From an uncultured Candidatus Berkelbacteria bacterium (GTDB lineage Bacteria; Patescibacteriota; UBA1384; UBA12157), in assembly GCA_903877885.1 (NCBI GenBank), contig CAIRFN010000011.1:9281-73280 (forward strand): a DNA stretch of 64,000 bases. Reading direction: 5' to 3'. Position numbers and translations under genes: made by a program. The notes under the pieces are model-generated. The model was not told the DNA's origin and ran no database searches. It saw only the letters and a list, made by a program, of their open reading frames with translations. Positions 1 through 8,690 of this stretch are shown here, piece by piece (within the stretch, counting starts at the first letter, position 1; each line of letters opens with the position of its first letter).

Positions 1-341
1 AACTCACGCTTAATGTTCGTCAGGTGTAATCTTGCTTGTTGCTGGGTTTGGGAAAGTATTAGCACGAACTTTTTTTGTGGTGCTCCTAGAATTGCCCAGA
101 TAGGGTACGATAAAGTCATAATTGTGCTTTTGGCGCTTCCCCTAAAGGCACAGATTACCGCATTTTTAACGGAATCTTTTTCGGTAATTTGAAACATTTC
201 TTTATGAAACTCGGCTGTCGGATATTTCACGTAATCATGCAGGTAAATATGGAAGAACCAGTAGTGGCTTTCACGGGTCAAACTCTTTCTTAAAATCGGG
301 TCGCTTAATACTTTTTCGATTGGGAAATCATTAGCTTTCAT
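1..341 (-). CDS. Phage terminase large subunit, N-terminal fragment; gene continues past the window start
   Basis: Minus-strand ATG at 341-339 overlaps the stop of the upstream small-subunit-like gene by about 11 nt. The reverse frame is open to position 1 (checked codon by codon). Translation MKANDFPIEKVL...EFHKEMFQITEKDSVKNAVICAFRGSAKSTIMTLSYPIW has a terminase-type Walker A (AFRGSAKST). Not in the supplied ORF track because it is edge-truncated. Confidence 0.5.
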   Translation of the reverse strand, partial: MKANDFPIEKVLSDPILRKSLTRESHYWFFHIYLHDYVKYPTAEFHKEMFQITEKDSVKNAVICAFRGSAKSTIMTLSYPIWAILGAPQKKFVLILSQTQQQARLHLTNIKRE

Positions 342-747
342 TTTGGTTCCTTTCGTTAACTTGGGCCATTAATATGGCTTGTTTAATTAATTCTTTTTCT
401 TCGGGAGTCAGCTCCCGGTCTAAATGTTTTGTGGTCACTTCAACTTTATTTCTGTAAGCGTTGTGGTGGCTACGAAGCCAGAACATAATCGCGCTCATAT
501 TTTTGTCTTTAATGGCGGAAAGTAGCTGCGATTCAGCCATGTCATTAACAAGGTTCAGACCTTGTTCGACAGCTGTTTCTACGCTATTGTTAAATTCCTC
601 ATCCTCTTTGCGCCAGCGGTAAAAACTGGCTCTGGCCACTCCTACTCGTTCGCAGGCGACTTGGATGATCGGTGTTTTCTTGAGTTGTTCAAGAATCGCC
701 GCCTGTTCTTTTCCTTTTCGCTTGGTTAGATTACTATTTGCTTCCAT
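331..747 (-). CDS. Terminase small subunit-like HTH protein
   Basis: 138 aa. N-terminal helix-turn-helix (IIQVACERVGVARASFYRWRKEDEEF) typical of phage small terminase / homeodomain-like proteins. Lies immediately upstream of, and overlapping, the terminase large subunit start. Confidence 0.45.
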   Translation of the reverse strand: MEANSNLTKRKGKEQAAILEQLKKTPIIQVACERVGVARASFYRWRKEDEEFNNSVETAVEQGLNLVNDMAESQLLSAIKDKNMSAIMFWLRSHHNAYRNKVEVTTKHLDRELTPEEKELIKQAILMAQVNERNQNES

Positions 748-2065
748 TGATTTTCCTAGCTTTTTTACCAGTTAATTTCTCCCAGCGCTTCTTAATGACT
801 TCGGCATAAACTGGAGATTTTTCCATAAGGTAGCATCGGCGGTTCATCTTGGTTGAAGCAATCAAAGTCGACCCGCTGCCCCCGAAAGGTTCCACTACTA
901 AATCTCCTCGTTTGGTTAGCACTTTGATATATGGGATTAAAATATCCAAAGGTTTCGTGCCGAAAATTATTCCTTGGCCAGAACTTTTTTCGTCAGCCGC
1001 ATTAAACTCGATAAAGTCGGTGGGACAGATCTTCTTACCCTTTTCATAGCCCTCCCAATGGGGTTTGCCGGCTGTGGCATATAAAGCAGTTTCATACTCG
1101 GTTTGAAGTAATTCATCTTCGGATTCGAGATTAAATTCCGTTTTTGGTTCGGTGGTGCCAACCATAGCGATATCGTGTTTATTGAAGAATTTGTATTTCG
1201 CCGAAAATCCCTGAACTCGGTTTGGCAAGTGCCACACTATCATGTTCCTAACTTTCCAATACTTTTCCATTTCGTTCCATATGGTTCGAATATTTTTCCA
1301 GTTTTCATAGCAGATGATGGTGAAGTTCTCTTTCTGGGTTTTGGCGATATTTGCCATCCAAAGTTCGGTGAAATTATCAGGCAAGACATCGGTTTCTAAA
1401 TACCTTCTATCTCTTTTTGCTCCGAAACCAGTTACAGCTTTGCCGTGCCGCTTGGCTTTTAGGTAATCCAAAATGTAGGGTGGGTCCGTCATGCACATAT
1501 CGGCCTTTTCATTTCCCATTAGTTTTAGAAAATCGGCTTCGATGGTTGAATCGCCGCACATCAACCGACTGCCGTCTAAGTCAAAGACATCACCCTTTTG
1601 GATTTCGATATTCTGAATATCGAGCTTTTCCAACTCTTTTTTAAGATCAAACTGTTCCGGTGTATCATCGATTTGGAAGACATCATCTAACTCTTCGGAA
1701 GAAAAACCGATATCAGCCAGAAAACCTTCATCATATTCACCTAATAAACCCCAATCAAATTCACCGATATTCTTGTTTAAGCGGATGTTTAATTCTTTTT
1801 CCTTTTCGATATCTGAGAGACTGACATAAACCGAAGGCATTTCTGTGTAGCCCAAATCTTTGCAAACTTTTAGCCGGAAATGCCCGCCAATGCAAATGTT
1901 TTTTCTTTCCGGCGCGCTGTTTAAAACCAAGGGATCGACCACCCCAAAGCGCTTGATGCTCTCGGTCAGATCGGCAATCGCTTTTTCTGACCACTTTCTT
2001 GGATTGTATGCGGCGGCGTTAATTTCTTTTACCGGCACATACTGAACGTTTAATCTTTCGTTCAT
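734..2065 (-). CDS. ParB-like nuclease domain fused to a DNA methyltransferase (beta-class N6-adenine/N4-cytosine)
   Basis: 443 aa. N-terminal ParB/Srx-like region (VPVKEINAAAYNPRKWSEKAIADL...). MTase motif IV DPPY (MCMTDPPYILDY) precedes motif I FxGxG (VVEPFGGSGSTLIAS). This fusion is a typical phage gene placed just upstream of the terminase genes. Confidence 0.75.
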   Translation of the reverse strand: MNERLNVQYVPVKEINAAAYNPRKWSEKAIADLTESIKRFGVVDPLVLNSAPERKNICIGGHFRLKVCKDLGYTEMPSVYVSLSDIEKEKELNIRLNKNIGEFDWGLLGEYDEGFLADIGFSSEELDDVFQIDDTPEQFDLKKELEKLDIQNIEIQKGDVFDLDGSRLMCGDSTIEADFLKLMGNEKADMCMTDPPYILDYLKAKRHGKAVTGFGAKRDRRYLETDVLPDNFTELWMANIAKTQKENFTIICYENWKNIRTIWNEMEKYWKVRNMIVWHLPNRVQGFSAKYKFFNKHDIAMVGTTEPKTEFNLESEDELLQTEYETALYATAGKPHWEGYEKGKKICPTDFIEFNAADEKSSGQGIIFGTKPLDILIPYIKVLTKRGDLVVEPFGGSGSTLIASTKMNRRCYLMEKSPVYAEVIKKRWEKLTGKKARKINGSK

Positions 2066-2098
2066 TTTTCCTTTCTTGAGCTCATTTTCTTTACTAAA

Positions 2099-2123
2099 CT
2101 AAAAAACGAGCTTGTTAAGCTCA
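2099..2123 (-). terminator. Rho-independent terminator after the 2155..2757 gene
   Basis: Hairpin GAGCTT-gtt-AAGCTC at 2108-2122 with a plus-strand A-run at 2101-2106, giving a T-run on the minus strand. Confidence 0.4.
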
Positions 2124-2154
2124 TCTTCTCAAAAGAGTACTTATCTAAATTTAT

Positions 2155-2757
2155 CTAACTTTTTGCAGGCTTTCTCAGGTATAAAAGATTAACACAGACG
2201 GTTTTTGTCGTAACTTCAAGCAAATCTTTAATGCCAGTTTCTATTGCAACTTTGTCATTTATTTCGTTTGCGGGGCCATAAACCTTACGCCAACCATTTT
2301 TTCCATATATCTTTTTGCTGTCGCCCCAATCCTCAACTAGCTCATCCCATGACCAGACTTTTCTCATTGAAGCCATGTTTTTAAAAATACTTTTGCAAAG
2401 CAAATGTTGTCTGTTTGCTTTGGCTTTATCAATAACAACTTCTTTACCAGCAAATTTCAAAATAGAGCGACCTGCGTCAAAATCTGGCGAATCAAACTCG
2501 GGCTTCTGGGATTTTAATTGCTCAAGCATTAGTCTGCGAATTTCGGCTTCTTCACGGTCTTTATTGTAATCATGGCCAACCACAAATACCTCGCCGTTAA
2601 CCTCAGGAAAGCTAAGCTCTGGGAGTTTTATAGTTCTAATCTGATCACTAAAATCGGACAATACTTTTTGAGCTTGCTTTTTAGCGGTTAATATTACTTC
2701 CGGTGATAATTTTGGCCGCGTTTTCTTAATTTTATCTAAATCTGGTTCGGTTGGCAT
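2155..2757 (-). CDS. Hypothetical protein (phage module)
   Basis: 200-aa ORF, co-directional with the terminase/methylase genes. No recognisable motif. Confidence 0.5.
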   Translation of the reverse strand: MPTEPDLDKIKKTRPKLSPEVILTAKKQAQKVLSDFSDQIRTIKLPELSFPEVNGEVFVVGHDYNKDREEAEIRRLMLEQLKSQKPEFDSPDFDAGRSILKFAGKEVVIDKAKANRQHLLCKSIFKNMASMRKVWSWDELVEDWGDSKKIYGKNGWRKVYGPANEINDKVAIETGIKDLLEVTTKTVCVNLLYLRKPAKS

Positions 2758-2781
2758 TATACTCCTTAAACTACAACCAAA

Positions 2782-3795
2782 TTATACCATATCTGCTTCG
2801 ATTATATCGAGTAGATTATCAAGTTCAGATAGCTTGATGACTTGAACATTGTATTCCTTATCAAGTTTCAATTTGCCAACTATTCGATTTCTCATAGCTC
2901 CGTCCGTGACTATATAGTGGCAATATGGCATGATCGCCGAGATTTGATGAACATCCATAATATCCGACGATCTAATTTTTTCTTGGCCTGTTGTTAAATC
3001 GCTCACCAACTTGCAGCTAATATCTACCGAAGGAATTACCTTAAAATCTTCTGAATTATAAAATTTTAGCAATCCATTTAAGCCCTCGGGTGTTCCATTA
3101 TAATGTTTCCATAGAGTAATAGGTCTGCCGACAATATCCATGGATTTAATCATGTCCTCAAACGATACAGGCATTTTTTTTATTTGTTTTTCCAAGAGCG
3201 AAGAGAAATCAGAAGCAACCGCCGATCCATAACCTGTGTATTCCATATTTAGCGCGACTGAAAAATTTATTTTATTTTTAATTCTCTCAATTCTAAGATT
3301 CTCCCATATACGAGCAATTTCTTTATGTGAGCCATCGATTTCTATTAATTCCTGTTCTGAAGTGCTATGGTGCACAGTAACGATAAAGGGGCTTTTGTCT
3401 TGGAGATCTTTGATTGGATCACGGTAAAAAATACCTTCCCATGGCAGATCAACAGAATTTTCTTTATCAATATGCGCTTTCATAATTAAAGATAATTGCG
3501 AATCTCCAATAGCATTATAAGTTAATACGCGTATACCTTTAGACATTCTGGTCTGCAGGTGCCGAATTTCTTCGATTAAGCGCCTTCCTTGTTCATATTC
3601 AATATCTTGATCCGCTTCTGGACAGAGAATTTTGCAATCATCAGTTAATTTTGAAATTCGAGTGACCAGTTCCTCATACTTTTTCTTATCTTCAGCTTTA
3701 GCGGATTTATCATTAAGAGCCCTCGCCATAGCGATAATTGCGTGCGTATCCAGCCAAACAAGCTTAAAGGGTGGTTTTTGAATGTTTGTTTTCAT
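2782..3795 (-). CDS. Hypothetical protein (phage module)
   Basis: 337-aa ORF, tightly spaced with its neighbours. No recognisable catalytic motif. Confidence 0.5.
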   Translation of the reverse strand: MKTNIQKPPFKLVWLDTHAIIAMARALNDKSAKAEDKKKYEELVTRISKLTDDCKILCPEADQDIEYEQGRRLIEEIRHLQTRMSKGIRVLTYNAIGDSQLSLIMKAHIDKENSVDLPWEGIFYRDPIKDLQDKSPFIVTVHHSTSEQELIEIDGSHKEIARIWENLRIERIKNKINFSVALNMEYTGYGSAVASDFSSLLEKQIKKMPVSFEDMIKSMDIVGRPITLWKHYNGTPEGLNGLLKFYNSEDFKVIPSVDISCKLVSDLTTGQEKIRSSDIMDVHQISAIMPYCHYIVTDGAMRNRIVGKLKLDKEYNVQVIKLSELDNLLDIIEADMV

Positions 3796-3859
3796 ATATT
3801 TTGTGCTTTTCCTAAGTTTTATGTTAGTTTAAAGACAGGGCAACAACTTTCAATGGGCG

Positions 3860-4072
3860 CTAACTCCCGTTGATCAAGTCATTAAGCGATTTTAGCTGTT
3901 TAGATTCCAATAAGGTATCTAAATGCATATCACTCCTGACTCCGAGGTCTATACCATATTCTGCCTCGACGGTAGAAATATGAGTATCGCCTCGTTTTTC
4001 GCGTAGCGGTCCGGTCTCATTACGAGAGCGGATGCCACGCATTCCAGGTGCGTCCTTCATCGGATTGCTCAT
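3860..4072 (-). CDS. Hypothetical small protein
   Basis: 70-aa ORF, first gene of the minus-strand phage-like operon. It sits just downstream of the DnaA-box/iteron intergenic region. Confidence 0.35.
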   Translation of the reverse strand: MSNPMKDAPGMRGIRSRNETGPLREKRGDTHISTVEAEYGIDLGVRSDMHLDTLLESKQLKSLNDLINGS

Positions 4073-4219
4073 AGCATTACTCCTTCTTAATTTAGAAGGC
4101 TCGACATCCTTCTGACCGTTTTACGGCCCTGCCGTATAGCCGTTATTTAGCCATTCAGAATTGAAAGAAGCGCCCTGTCTTATAATATTAAATGTAAAGT
4201 TTGATTTACTTAGTGTCAA

Positions 4220-4248
4220 TGTGGAAACAGTGGATAACCTGTGGATAA
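4220..4248 (-). promoter_or_regulatory. DnaA-box cluster (three tandem boxes)
   Basis: TGTGGAAAC (imperfect), AGTGGATAA and TGTGGATAA at 4220-4248. These are reverse complements of TTATCCACA-type DnaA boxes; the last is a perfect consensus. Confidence 0.5.
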
Positions 4249-4275
4249 GTTCGCTTTGTGTTCGGTTTATACCTA

Positions 4276-4378
4276 AAAATGAGACACAAGTCCTAAAACG
4301 GCCGTAGACTGTCTCATTTGTCTCATTTTCAGGTCAGAAATAGAAAAAATGAGACACAGACCGTCAAAACTGTCTCAA
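4276..4378. repeat. Iteron-like repeats built from a TGAGACA / TGTCTCA inverted-repeat unit
   Basis: AAAATGAGACACAAG...ACTGTCTCATTTGTCTCATTTT and AAAAAATGAGACACAGACCGTCAAAACTGTCTCAAAT. Two direct copies of an inverted-repeat unit plus a tandem TGTCTCATT duplication, in the divergent intergenic region. Confidence 0.45.
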
Positions 4379-4480
4379 ATCTTGCCATTCAACCTGAAAT
4401 CCGCTACAATTGGAGAAGATACTGAAAGGGGCAAAAGGTTCTAGACCGACGTGTCCCGCCATTAAAATAGGGAGGTGGAA

Positions 4481-5221
4481 ATGTCTGTTGAAATGTTGAA
4501 TAATCCAGAAGCAGAATTAAATGAAAATGAAATAAAAGAGAGAGAAAAAAAGATTGCTGATTTGTTTGAGCAAGGTTTGGACTCGCCAGATATAATGGCT
4601 TATCATGGAACTTCTCTCGAAGCAATCAATGAACTAATTAAAACCGGCTATTTACCTACTGGTAAGATTGAAGGCGGAATCGACTATTTATATTTTTTTA
4701 GATTAGATAAACCGGTTCCAGAATCTTGGTTAGATGGTGAAACTGAAAAAGAGCATATTCAAAGACGAATAGAAATGTATGCGAGAGATCTAGCTTTTGA
4801 AGCTTCGCTTTGTCGAACTCTTGGTTTAGATTTTTCTAAGGATAAACAATTTTTAGATGCCATGGGTAGTGTCGCTTTTCAACATCAAATTAGAGTTGAA
4901 ATTGGTCGTGATGAACTAAAAGAGGAACATTTGCGTAATTCTTCTCATTTTGATGCAATAATTGAATATCTTAATCGATTTGGTTTTCCAGCCATCAAGG
5001 CTGCCTTTGACGAATCATTTGGAAGAGAAGGCGTTATCATCGGTATAAATTCAGAAATATTAAAAAATGATCCGCAATCAGCTTATGACGAACTGGATGA
5101 TGAGGGTTGGAGAGCTAATTTGCCAAAAGGCTTGCCACTTGAATATATCAGTGGAATAGAACCAATTGGTCAACCAGAATATGGATATTTTGAAGCACTA
5201 CAGGAAAAACACGCAAAATAA
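4481..5221 (+). CDS. Hypothetical protein
   Basis: ORF with RBS GGGAGGTGG 5 nt upstream of ATG 4481. The ORF track starts at GTG 4475, same frame. No recognisable motif. Confidence 0.55.
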   Translation: MSVEMLNNPEAELNENEIKEREKKIADLFEQGLDSPDIMAYHGTSLEAINELIKTGYLPTGKIEGGIDYLYFFRLDKPVPESWLDGETEKEHIQRRIEMYARDLAFEASLCRTLGLDFSKDKQFLDAMGSVAFQHQIRVEIGRDELKEEHLRNSSHFDAIIEYLNRFGFPAIKAAFDESFGREGVIIGINSEILKNDPQSAYDELDDEGWRANLPKGLPLEYISGIEPIGQPEYGYFEALQEKHAK

Positions 5222-5258
5222 TTTTTGATTTTAAAATTTGATAAATCAAGAGGGGAAA

Positions 5259-5765
5259 ATGGTCGAAGAATTAGCAATTAACGAACTCATCGAAGAAAAA
5301 ATTTATATGATTCGAGGCCAAAAAGTGATGCTCGATCGTGATTTGGCTATGCTTTATGAAGTTGGAACAAAGGTTCTAAATCAGCAAGTTAAAAGAAATA
5401 AGATAAGATTTCCTGAAGATTTTATGTTTAGGTTAACAAGAGAAGAATTTAAATTTTTGAAGTCACAATTTGTGACCTCAAACTGGAAGGTTCATGATGT
5501 CTCTCTTCCATATGTTTTTACCGAACAAGGCGTGGCAATGTTGTCATCAGTTTTAAACAGTGACAGAGCCATTCAAGTAAATATTGAAATAATGAGAACC
5601 TTTATCAAGATTAGAAATATTTTATCCGAACACAAAGATTTATTAAAAAGGCTTGATAGTATGGAGAGAAATTACGATCGTCAGTTTAGAATCGTTTTCC
5701 AGATAATCAGAGAACTCAATTCTCCTGAAGAAAAAAATCGTAAACAAATCGGCTTTAAACCATAA
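5259..5765 (+). CDS. ORF6N-domain protein
   Basis: IRGQKVMLDRDLAMLYEVGTKVLNQQVKRNKIRFPEDFMFRLTREEF...LPYVFTEQGVAMLSSVLNSDRAIQVNIEIMRTF matches the ORF6N family signature. ATG 5259 has RBS GAGGGG upstream; the ORF track starts at an upstream TTG at 5238. Confidence 0.8.
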   Translation: MVEELAINELIEEKIYMIRGQKVMLDRDLAMLYEVGTKVLNQQVKRNKIRFPEDFMFRLTREEFKFLKSQFVTSNWKVHDVSLPYVFTEQGVAMLSSVLNSDRAIQVNIEIMRTFIKIRNILSEHKDLLKRLDSMERNYDRQFRIVFQIIRELNSPEEKNRKQIGFKP

Positions 5766-6101
5766 AATATTTATATTAATATCGAAAAAGGAGGTTTCAT
5801 GGAAATCAGACGAGTTACACCAGATAAATTAGAACCATTGGTTTCGCCGATTAAAAAAATTGGGACTACCGGTGATTAAACAGACTTAACTGAAGAATCA
5901 CCAAATCAAAGCCCTGAATTACTAGAGCCAACGAATCCTTCAGAGGAAATTGAATCGAGCGATAATTTAACTGCTGATTCATATTTTCCGACCTATGGTT
6001 CTGATGGAAAAGTTTTACCTAAACCAGAATCTCGTGAAATCGGGCAAGGCTAAAAATTATCAAAATATAAATAATAGGCTAATATTAAATATTAAGGAGA
6101 T

Positions 6102-7268
6102 GTGTTGGAAAATTTTGAATTTCAGAAATATCGCGATGATTTAGCACAAAAAATTACTCAAGAGCCAGATCATACTAAAAGGCGAGAAATTTTATCTTTA
6201 GAAAAAATGACACCGGAATATCAGGAAGCCAAAAAATTGAGACGACTCGAATTCGGTTCTGAAAAAAATAAAAACGACAATGACCAACTTATATCATATG
6301 CCGAGGAGCATTACGGTGAATACAAGATTTTTACCGATGAATTAAGAGATCTTATAAATACGATTGTAGCTAATAGGAACGAATTCGAAACTGTTACTAA
6401 AGCGAATATTCCTGAAGAATTATTAAATCAAATCCTTGATTTTTGCGAAGGTATGCCGAACGAACAGATCGAAAGCCTTCTTAACCGTGCAAATTTTAAT
6501 TATGAAAATTTGTTAGCTGGTGAAGTAGACGAATATACAAAGGCTAAATTAATCACAGAAGCAGTTTTAAAAGCTAAAAGTTATGATTTGGCTGTAGAAG
6601 AAAATAGAGGAAAAGAAATTGATTTTATCGGTTTTGAAAAAGATCAAGATATCCCAGACGCTAAAGATTTCATTTATCAAACATTTAGTCGAGGGTTATT
6701 AGAGAAATGTTTAATCTCGAAAATAGATTACAACGCTGATAAAGTTAATGTGGCGCTTAACGGCACTGATTATGTTTTACCGATTGAAATCTATTCAGAT
6801 TGGCAAAAGATTATGCCTGGGGTAAAAAACCACAAATATAGAGCCGAATCAATGGTCCTATGGAATACTGATCCAAAATTTAGTAAAAAATTTATTCCTA
6901 CACCAATTCGTTTTTTTAGTTTTTATGGCGAAGAACCAAATAAACTCGATTATTTAAAAGACGTTCTTGATGAAAAGAAAATGCGCCAATATAAATTAGG
7001 AACTATCGCTCATGAGGTAGCACATCATATTTACGAATATTTAATTGATGCAGATAAAAGAAATAATTGGAAAGAAATTGTTGACAGATCTGGCTCAATT
7101 ACGAATTATGCACAGGCATATAAAAATCACAATTTTAAATATGATGAATTTTTTACTGAAGCTGTTAGATTAAAAACTACAGTTCCTGATTATTTAGAAA
7201 GAAATTTTCCAGAAATTAATCAATTTATAACTGATAATTTTCCAGAAATCCAAGCTCCAATTTTATAA
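6102..7268 (+). CDS. Hypothetical protein with an HExxH motif (putative zinc metallopeptidase)
   Basis: 388 aa. The only recognisable motif is IAHEVAHHIYE (HExxH). RBS AAGGAG at 6094-6099. The start codon is ambiguous: GTG 6102 or TTG 6105. Confidence 0.55.
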   Translation: MLENFEFQKYRDDLAQKITQEPDHTKRREILSLEKMTPEYQEAKKLRRLEFGSEKNKNDNDQLISYAEEHYGEYKIFTDELRDLINTIVANRNEFETVTKANIPEELLNQILDFCEGMPNEQIESLLNRANFNYENLLAGEVDEYTKAKLITEAVLKAKSYDLAVEENRGKEIDFIGFEKDQDIPDAKDFIYQTFSRGLLEKCLISKIDYNADKVNVALNGTDYVLPIEIYSDWQKIMPGVKNHKYRAESMVLWNTDPKFSKKFIPTPIRFFSFYGEEPNKLDYLKDVLDEKKMRQYKLGTIAHEVAHHIYEYLIDADKRNNWKEIVDRSGSITNYAQAYKNHNFKYDEFFTEAVRLKTTVPDYLERNFPEINQFITDNFPEIQAPIL

Positions 7269-7350
7269 AAATATTTAGTTAAAATCATAGCTAAACCTTG
7301 ACGTTTAGTCTTTTTTGGCGTAGAATCGATATTACAAAGGGGGAATGCAC

Positions 7351-7914
7351 ATGTCAAAACATAGTGGTCACGGCCGACGCCGTGGTTGGAAGCCGCCATC
7401 ATCGTCAACTCAAAAACCTGTGGAGAAAAATCAGGAGAGCCATATTCAACCACAAAAACTTGTGGAACCTGAAAAACCGGTTGAACAACAATTCACTATC
7501 CATGCCACTCAGGTTACCGAGAAACCGCATAAAATTCCATTTTGGTGTCAAATCGGCATCCATAAACGAGAAAATGGGGTTGCTTGTATCCATTGCGGTC
7601 ATATTAAACAGCATATGCATTTATTTGTGACTTATAGGCATCGCTGCGATTTATGCGGAGCTATTACAGACCATGAACATGAATTTCCCAAAGGTTCCGT
7701 CCGAATTATCAGAGGAAATTGCCGTTGTCAGTTATGCGGCAAAAATCATGAATATGAGCATAAGAAGCATGAATCAGTTGGCATTGAAGAAACTGGTTAT
7801 GGTAAGTTCGAGCATTTTATCGACTTTTACCAATGTCTTCACTGTGGCAATATCAAACATGTCACTTCTATGGCTAAGTTTGCCAGTGAAACCAAAAAAA
7901 CTTTTGATCCTTAA
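7351..7914 (+). CDS. Cys/His-rich repeat protein (putative metal-binding)
   Basis: Four CxxCG-type motifs (CIHCGH, CDLCG, CQLCG, CLHCG), each followed by His-rich stretches (HEHEF, HEYEH). RBS AAGGGGGA before ATG 7351. The ORF track starts at 7345, same frame. Confidence 0.55.
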   Translation: MSKHSGHGRRRGWKPPSSSTQKPVEKNQESHIQPQKLVEPEKPVEQQFTIHATQVTEKPHKIPFWCQIGIHKRENGVACIHCGHIKQHMHLFVTYRHRCDLCGAITDHEHEFPKGSVRIIRGNCRCQLCGKNHEYEHKKHESVGIEETGYGKFEHFIDFYQCLHCGNIKHVTSMAKFASETKKTFDP

Positions 7915-7987
7915 TCTAATTCACATTAACCAATTTCGTCACTTTTATTAGTGGCGTTTTTTTAATCTTTTTGATAGAATAAAAGTA

Positions 7988-8260
7988 ATGATTATATTAA
8001 TTTTAATTTTGTCGGGATTTTTAGGTTTCGCACTCGGACGTCTAGGGCATATTTACGGTGGCCAAATTAACGGTCCGCATCATTGGATTTATGGTTTGAT
8101 TTTAATAATTATCGGAGTGATTTTATATAAAACTGATTTAGGCAAAATGTTAATGGCTTTTGGTCTCGGTGTTTTTGTGAGCGACTTCAAAGATTTTTTG
8201 GCTTTTAGAATTTATGGTGTTGATGATGTGGTAATTAAAAAATTTTGGCAAATAGATTAA
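7988..8260 (+). CDS. Small membrane protein
   Basis: 90 aa with two or three hydrophobic helices (MIILILILSGFLGFALG..., GLILIIIGVILY, MLMAFGLGVFV). Confidence 0.4.
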   Translation: MIILILILSGFLGFALGRLGHIYGGQINGPHHWIYGLILIIIGVILYKTDLGKMLMAFGLGVFVSDFKDFLAFRIYGVDDVVIKKFWQID

Positions 8261-8294
8261 ACCTATAAAAATACAAAAAGAAAAAAGGAGAACT

Positions 8295-8672
8295 ATGACT
8301 CAAAAAAATCAAATTTACAAATGCAGTGTCTGCGGTAACATTGTGGAAATTTTGCACGTTGGTGCGAGTTCTTTGGTTTGTTGTGGTAAACCAATGGAAT
8401 TACAGGAACCAAATTCGTCTGATGGCAATCCAAAAACACACATTCCGGTGATTGAAGTAACTGCGACTGGCGTCAAGATTAAAGTTGGTAGCGAGCCACA
8501 TCCAATGGAAGAAGATCATCATATTGAATGGGTTGAAATTATGGTTGGCGAATATGTTGATCGAAAATACTTAAAACCTGGCGACGCGCCAGAAGCGGAA
8601 TTTAATATTACGGGCGACGGCTTAATCGCCAGAGCCTATTGCAATATTCACGGTCTTTGGAAAAGTGAGTAA
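8295..8672 (+). CDS. dfx: Desulfoferrodoxin / superoxide reductase
   Basis: N-terminal desulforedoxin motifs (YKCSVCGNIVE...LVCCGKPM) and a C-terminal SOR centre (HPMEEDHHIEWVEI ... CNIHGLWKSE). Full-length collinear match to the Desulfovibrio Dfx pattern. RBS AAGGAG. Confidence 0.9.
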   Translation: MTQKNQIYKCSVCGNIVEILHVGASSLVCCGKPMELQEPNSSDGNPKTHIPVIEVTATGVKIKVGSEPHPMEEDHHIEWVEIMVGEYVDRKYLKPGDAPEAEFNITGDGLIARAYCNIHGLWKSE

Positions 8673-8690
8673 TTAAATAGTGAGGGAAAA

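Noticed and set aside
849-2045. Small ORFs overlapping the ParB-methylase gene on both strands (849..1049, 967..1161, 1175..1399, 1417..1644, 1761..1994, 1860..2045)
   Set aside because: Embedded in a well-supported 443-aa CDS with clear motifs; no independent support.
7220-7951. Overlapping ORFs 7220..7453(-), 7298..7630(+), 7405..7620(-), 7673..7951(+)
   Set aside because: They overlap the Cys/His-rich gene (7351..7914), which has an RBS and a coherent repeated motif architecture. The alternatives lack both.
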